Virus record (IMG/VR): IMGVR_UViG_3300017751_000009
DNA length: 64,000 nt
Strand: one strand, 5' to 3'
Origin: an uncultured virus (IMG/VR IMGVR_UViG_3300017751_000009)
Taxonomy: Duplodnaviria; Heunggongvirae; Uroviricota; Caudoviricetes
Within the stretch, counting starts at the first letter, position 1; the number at the start of each line of letters is the position of its first letter. Under the pieces are notes generated by a model. It was not told the DNA's origin and searched no databases. It saw only the letters and a program-made list of their open reading frames with translations. The translations under genes and the position numbers were made by a program. Positions 58,851 through 64,000 of the stretch are shown here, one piece after another.

Positions 58851-61342
58851 AATTTTACACTAATGTACAAATGATCGGGGACCAGTTCCTCGTTCGTGCT
58901 TATGATAATGGTGAGTACATTCAGTTTCGTGAAAAATACAAACCCACATTATTTGTTCCTGCCAAAAAGAAAACATACCATAAAACTCTCGATGGTGATT
59001 ATGTCGAACCAATTAAACCTGGTTTCGTCTCTGACTGTAGGGAGTTTTTAAAAAGCTATGGTGAGATAGACAACTTTAAGGTCTATGGTAATGAAAGGTA
59101 TATCTATCAGTATATTTCTGATAAGTATCCTCAAGATGAAATTAAATTTGACGCTAGTAAGATTCGTCTTATTACTGTTGACATTGAAACTCGTGCTGAA
59201 AATGGATTTCCTGATGTTGAAGCAGCAGACCAAGAGATTCTGCTGATTACAATCCAGGATTATAATACAAAGGAGATCACAACTTGGGGGCAAGGTCCAT
59301 TTAAGATCAAGCAAGATAATGTTCGCTATATTCAATTCAATAACGAGCGAGATCTTCTAAGTTCTTTCATCAACTGGTGGATGGAAAATACACCTGATGT
59401 TGTTACCGGTTGGAATATTCAGCTTTTCGATATTCCATTTATTGCAAAGCGTATTGATCGTGTTCTTGGAGAGAAGATTGCTAAAAGGTTATCTCCTTGG
59501 GGATTAGTATCGCAAAAAGAAGTTTATATTAAGGGTCGTAGACAAGTCTTCTATGATATTGGTGGTATTACTCAGTTAGATTATCTTGATCTGTATAAGA
59601 AATTTACTTATACTAATCAGGAATCATATCGTCTTGATCATATTGCTAATGTAGAACTCGGTCAGAAAAAACTTGACCACTCTGAGTATGATACCTTTAA
59701 AGATTTCTATACACATGGTTGGCAGAAATTTGTAGAATACAACATTATCGATGTCGAGCTCGTAGACCGTCTTGAGGACAAGATGAAGTTGATCGAGCTA
59801 GCATTAACTATGGCATATGATGCCAAGGTAAATTATAATGATGTCTTCTATCAGGTAAGGATGTGGGATACTATAATCTACAACTACCTGAAGAAAAAAG
59901 GTATTGTTATTCCTCCCAAAGAAAAAACTGATAAGGATGAAAAGTATGCAGGTGCATATGTTAAGGAACCGATTCCGGGAGTTTATGATTGGGTTGTGTC
60001 TTTTGACCTTAACTCTCTTTACCCTCACCTTATTATGCAGTACAACATCTCTCCAGAGACCCTCCTCGACGAGAAACATCCAACAGCAACTGTTGATAAA
60101 ATTCTTAATGAGGAAATAAACTTTGAGTTGTATAAGGACAATGCCGTCTGTGCAAACGGTGCTATGTTCCGTAAAAATAAGAAGGGATTTTTGCCAGAGT
60201 TGATGGAGAAGATGTATGGTGAGCGAGTCATCTTTAAAAAGCGTATGCTCAAAGCCAAGCAGGAGTATGAGAAGACGCCTACTGAAGCACTTAAAAAGGA
60301 AATCGCTAGATGTAACAACATTCAAATGGCGAAGAAGATTTCTCTTAACTCTGCTTATGGTGCTATTGGTAATCAATATTTCAGGTACTTCAAATTAGCG
60401 AACGCAGAAGCTATTACTCTGTCTGGTCAGGTCTCTATTCGCTGGATTGAGACCAAGATGAATCAGTATCTAAATAAACTTTTGTCTACAGATGGTGAAG
60501 ACTATGTTATCGCATCTGACACCGACTCAATTTATCTTAATCTCGGACCTCTTGTTACTAAATTTCTTGGTAATAAGTCTGGCGATAAAGCAGCAGTTGT
60601 GGCGTTACTTGACAAGATCTGTCAAGACAAGCTGGAGCCATACATCGATAAGTCGTATGAAAATCTGGCGAATTATGTCTCAGCATACGAACAAAAAATG
60701 CAAATGAAGCGGGAGAATATCGCTGATCGCGGTATCTGGACTGCTAAGAAGAGATATATTCTAAATGTATGGAACAGTGAGGGCGTTCAGTACTCTGAAC
60801 CAAAATTAAAAGTGATGGGTATCGAGGCTGTCAAGTCATCGACACCTGCACCCTGCCGTCAAATGCTTAAAGATTCTTTTAAGATTATGATGTCAGGATC
60901 AGAAGATAATATGATAGACTACATAGATGACTGCCGTAAGAAATTCAAGCAACTAACTCCAGAGGACATTTCTTTTCCAAGATCTGTCAGTGATGTTGCA
61001 AAATATAAATCCTCTTCGGACATTTATTCTAAGGGAACACCAATCCACTGTCGTGGAGCTCTTCTATACAATCATTATATTAAGAAAGCGAATCTCACTA
61101 ACAAGTATTCGCTCATTCAAAATGGTGAAAAGATTAAATTCTGCTATTTGAAGAAACCGAATATCATTCATGAGAATGTTATTTCATTCATTCAAGATTT
61201 TCCCAAGGAATTAAATATTACTAGATATGTTGACTACGATCTTCAATTTAGCAAGGCATTCTTAGAACCTTTGAGGACAATTCTAGATGCTATTGGGTGG
61301 TCTGTAGAAAAAACTGCAACTTTAGAGGACTTCTTCTCATGA
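58847..61342 (+). CDS. gp43: DNA polymerase, family B
   Basis: DIET (ExoI), GWNIQLFD, SFDLNSLYP, KISLNSAYG, ASDTDS, KKRY. Confidence 0.99.
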   Translation: MKFYTNVQMIGDQFLVRAYDNGEYIQFREKYKPTLFVPAKKKTYHKTLDGDYVEPIKPGFVSDCREFLKSYGEIDNFKVYGNERYIYQYISDKYPQDEIKFDASKIRLITVDIETRAENGFPDVEAADQEILLITIQDYNTKEITTWGQGPFKIKQDNVRYIQFNNERDLLSSFINWWMENTPDVVTGWNIQLFDIPFIAKRIDRVLGEKIAKRLSPWGLVSQKEVYIKGRRQVFYDIGGITQLDYLDLYKKFTYTNQESYRLDHIANVELGQKKLDHSEYDTFKDFYTHGWQKFVEYNIIDVELVDRLEDKMKLIELALTMAYDAKVNYNDVFYQVRMWDTIIYNYLKKKGIVIPPKEKTDKDEKYAGAYVKEPIPGVYDWVVSFDLNSLYPHLIMQYNISPETLLDEKHPTATVDKILNEEINFELYKDNAVCANGAMFRKNKKGFLPELMEKMYGERVIFKKRMLKAKQEYEKTPTEALKKEIARCNNIQMAKKISLNSAYGAIGNQYFRYFKLANAEAITLSGQVSIRWIETKMNQYLNKLLSTDGEDYVIASDTDSIYLNLGPLVTKFLGNKSGDKAAVVALLDKICQDKLEPYIDKSYENLANYVSAYEQKMQMKRENIADRGIWTAKKRYILNVWNSEGVQYSEPKLKVMGIEAVKSSTPAPCRQMLKDSFKIMMSGSEDNMIDYIDDCRKKFKQLTPEDISFPRSVSDVAKYKSSSDIYSKGTPIHCRGALLYNHYIKKANLTNKYSLIQNGEKIKFCYLKKPNIIHENVISFIQDFPKELNITRYVDYDLQFSKAFLEPLRTILDAIGWSVEKTATLEDFFS

Positions 61343-61506
61343 ACGATCAAGAAAAGTGGAATAGAGGACTTGATCTTTTTATTGAGTCCGTTCATAAGCC
61401 AGATCAAGAACTTAGATCCTGTGCTCATAACCAAAAATGCTTTAATGAATTGCTGTCAGTGCGTGAAAATGTGCTAGAATACTTGAAAACATTGAGATGG
61501 AGTTGA
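61339..61506 (+). CDS. Small hypothetical protein (55 aa)
   Basis: MNDQEKWNRGLDLFIESVHKPD..LRSCAHNQKCFNEL; ATGA overlap with gp43. Confidence 0.65.
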   Translation: MNDQEKWNRGLDLFIESVHKPDQELRSCAHNQKCFNELLSVRENVLEYLKTLRWS

Positions 61507-62511
61507 ATGGATTTTCTTAAAGAGATTGTAAAAGAGATTGGAGATGACTATACTCAACTGGCAAAAGATATTGACGACACTGAAACTTATGTGGACACAG
61601 GTTCGTACATTTTTAACGGACTCGTTTCAGGTAGTATATTTGGTGGTTGTTCTGGGAATAAGATTACTGCCATTGCTGGGGAGTCTAGCACTGGCAAAAC
61701 TTTCTTTAGCCTCGCCGTCGTTCAAAATTTCCTTAACGCTAATCCTGACGGTTATTGTCTCTACTTTGACACTGAGGCAGCAATTAATAAGTCTCTTCTG
61801 GAGAGCCGTGGACTACCTCTTGATCGCTTGGTAGTTGTCAATGTTGTAACTATCGAAGAGTTTCGTAGTAAAGCATTGAAAGCAGTTGATTTGTATCTAA
61901 AGAAACCCGAAGGAGAGCGCAAACCATGTATGTTTGTATTAGATTCTCTTGGCATGCTCTCAACTGAGAAAGAGATCCGTGATGCTCTTGACGAGAAGCA
62001 GGTTCGTGATATGACAAAATCACAACTGGTCAAAGGTGCCTTCAGGATGTTGACATTGAAGTTGGGACAGGCTAAAATACCTATGATCGTTACCAATCAC
62101 ACTTACGATGTCATCGGCGCATATGTACCTACAAAAGAAATGGGAGGAGGTAGTGGGCTCAAGTACGCTGCATCCACCATCATTTATTTGTCCAAGAAAA
62201 AAGAAAAAGATGGCACCGATGTCGTTGGAAACCTTATCAAGGCAAAGACTGCTAAGTCTCGTCTGAGTAAGGAGAACAAGGATGTCACTATTCGTTTATA
62301 CTATGATGAGCGTGGACTTGATCGTCATTATGGATTGCTTGAATTAGGAGAACTTGGGGGTCTCTGGAAGAATGTTGCGGGTCGTTATGAGATTGATGGT
62401 AAGAAAGTCTATGCCAAGCAAGTCTACAAGGAACCTGAAAAGTATTTTACTGAAGAAGTAATGCAACAACTTGACGAGATTGCTCGCAAAGAATTTAGCT
62501 ATGGCGAATGA
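61507..62511 (+). CDS. uvsX: RecA-like recombinase
   Basis: DTGSY, AGESSTGKT, YFDTE, VLDSLG, MGGGSGLKYAAS. Confidence 0.96.
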   Translation: MDFLKEIVKEIGDDYTQLAKDIDDTETYVDTGSYIFNGLVSGSIFGGCSGNKITAIAGESSTGKTFFSLAVVQNFLNANPDGYCLYFDTEAAINKSLLESRGLPLDRLVVVNVVTIEEFRSKALKAVDLYLKKPEGERKPCMFVLDSLGMLSTEKEIRDALDEKQVRDMTKSQLVKGAFRMLTLKLGQAKIPMIVTNHTYDVIGAYVPTKEMGGGSGLKYAASTIIYLSKKKEKDGTDVVGNLIKAKTAKSRLSKENKDVTIRLYYDERGLDRHYGLLELGELGGLWKNVAGRYEIDGKKVYAKQVYKEPEKYFTEEVMQQLDEIARKEFSYGE

Positions 62512-63890
62512 TGAGTGACCGCATTGAATTGACTATTCTGAGGAACCTCATCCATGATGAAGAGTTTCTCAGAAAGGTTCTTCCTTTTATAGAACCTGAT
62601 TATTATGATGATCGTGCTGAAAAAATTATTTTTGAGGAGATAAGTTCTTTTGTAAATGAGTATGATAAGATTCTCACTCCAGAGATTCTTAGTATTGAGG
62701 TTCAGAATCGTGATGATCTTTCTGAACAGGAATGCAGAGATACCTTAAATTTGGTTGAGGTTCTAACTCAAAGCGATACTCATACTCAGTGGTTACTTGA
62801 TGCTACTGAGAAGTGGTGTCGCGACCGTGCAATCTATTTGGCTCTGATGGAGTCCATTCAAATTGCTGACGGGCAAGATTCTAAAAAGACTAGAGATGCT
62901 ATTCCCAGTATCTTGTCGGATGCTCTTGCAGTCTCTTTTGATAATCATATCGGACATGATTATCTTGCGGACTATGAGGAACGCTACGAATCATACCATC
63001 GTAAAGAAAATAAGATTCCATTTGATCTCGAATACTTTAATAAAATCACAAAAGGTGGTCTACCTAATAAAACACTTACTATTGGTTTAGCTGGTACTGG
63101 TGTTGGTAAGTCTCTCTTTATGTGTCATGTTGCAAGTTCTGTACTTCTTCAGGGAAAGAATGTCCTTTACATAACTATGGAGATGTCCGAGGAAAAGATT
63201 GCTGAGAGAATCGACGCCAATCTTCTTGATGTTAACATTAGAGATTTGAGTGAGTTGCCTCGTCATCTTTTCGAGACAAAAGTATCTAAGGTTGCTGCAA
63301 AAACTCAGGGAACTCTTATAATTAAAGAATATCCAACAGCAAGTGCCCATAGTGGCCATTTTAAATCTCTTCTCAACGATCTGGCACTTAAGAAATCTTT
63401 TCGCCCTGATATTATTTTCATTGACTACCTTAATATTTGTGCTTCCGCTAGGTATCGCGGAGCAGTCGGTGTCAATTCTTATAGCTATATCAAGGCTATT
63501 GCTGAAGAACTTAGAGGATTGGCTGTCGAAGCCCAGGTCCCTATCGTTTCTGCCACCCAGACCACTCGTTCTGGTTATAGTAGCAGTGATGTTGACATTA
63601 CTGACACTAGTGAGTCCTTTGGTCTCCCTGCTACTGCTGATCTTATGTTTGCCCTTATTTCATCTGAAGATCTTGAAGGACTCGGGCAGATCATGGTGAA
63701 GCAATTGAAGAATAGATACGGTGATCCAACAATGAATAAGAGGTTTGTGGTAGGAATAGATCGCGCTAAGATGAGGTTATACGATTGTGAACAATCGGAT
63801 GGTGGATCTCTACTTGGTTCTGGAGATGAAAACAATGTAGCTGATTCTTTTACAAAAGAGAATAAGTTTGAGGGATTTAAATTTGATTAA
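62508..63890 (+). CDS. gp41: Replicative DNA helicase
   Basis: AGTGVGKS, YITMEM, IKEYPT, IDYLNI, SATQTTR, SESFGLPATAD, KQLKNRY. Confidence 0.97.
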   Translation: MMSDRIELTILRNLIHDEEFLRKVLPFIEPDYYDDRAEKIIFEEISSFVNEYDKILTPEILSIEVQNRDDLSEQECRDTLNLVEVLTQSDTHTQWLLDATEKWCRDRAIYLALMESIQIADGQDSKKTRDAIPSILSDALAVSFDNHIGHDYLADYEERYESYHRKENKIPFDLEYFNKITKGGLPNKTLTIGLAGTGVGKSLFMCHVASSVLLQGKNVLYITMEMSEEKIAERIDANLLDVNIRDLSELPRHLFETKVSKVAAKTQGTLIIKEYPTASAHSGHFKSLLNDLALKKSFRPDIIFIDYLNICASARYRGAVGVNSYSYIKAIAEELRGLAVEAQVPIVSATQTTRSGYSSSDVDITDTSESFGLPATADLMFALISSEDLEGLGQIMVKQLKNRYGDPTMNKRFVVGIDRAKMRLYDCEQSDGGSLLGSGDENNVADSFTKENKFEGFKFD

Positions 63891-64000
63891 CTCATCAACA
63901 AAAATTTGGAAAGAAATCTCAGAGGTAAATAACCTTGAGTTTGAATATCATTTACTGCCTGGTAATGTTCCAATCCTTATTGCAAATAATGTTTTTCTTT
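63883..64000 (+). CDS. 5' fragment of the next gene (runs off the window)
   Basis: Open frame from TTG 63883 (INSSTKIWKEISEVNNLEFEYHLLPGNVPILIANNVFL). Confidence 0.4.
   Translation, partial: MINSSTKIWKEISEVNNLEFEYHLLPGNVPILIANNVFL

Noticed and set aside
26547..63890. Inteins or introns in gp17, gp20, gp23, uvsW, gp46, gp43 or gp41
   Set aside because: Lengths are ordinary and the conserved motifs are contiguous.

Overview
This window is 64 kb of a T4-like marine cyanomyovirus (Kyanoviridae-type) genome. All credible genes lie on the + strand in conserved core order: baseplate (gp7 3' end, gp8, a VrlC/DUF4815-like giant), a 2260-aa fibre/adhesin, neck and tail completion (gp13-15), terminase (gp16, gp17), sheath, tube, portal and head (gp18-23), gp3, uvsY, uvsW, gp55, gp47/46, VWA-peptidase plus CobS-like AAA, clamp and loader (gp45/44/62), regA, hsp20, gp43, uvsX and gp41. 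Accessory genes include an island between gp16 and gp17 with plastocyanin (petE) and a 45-aa NdhP-like gene missed by the ORF track, three 2OG-Fe(II) oxygenases, a DenV-like glycosylase, Dam, a NodU-type carbamoyltransferase, a UPF0489/arginase-like metallohydrolase and a ParB-like protein. Main points for a second look: (1) a promoter-delimited structured RNA (GNRA hairpin plus H-type pseudoknot) ahead of the ParB-like gene; (2) a ROSE-like thermometer over the hsp20 ribosome-binding site; (3) an in-frame TAA near the end of the 2312-aa structural gene; (4) a near-consensus antisense sigma70 promoter next to gp55; (5) a Dam/carbamoyltransferase/hydrolase set embedded in the clamp-loader operon. 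All calls come from motif recognition, manual translation and synteny; no searches were run. I saw no tRNA, CRISPR array, intein or intron.
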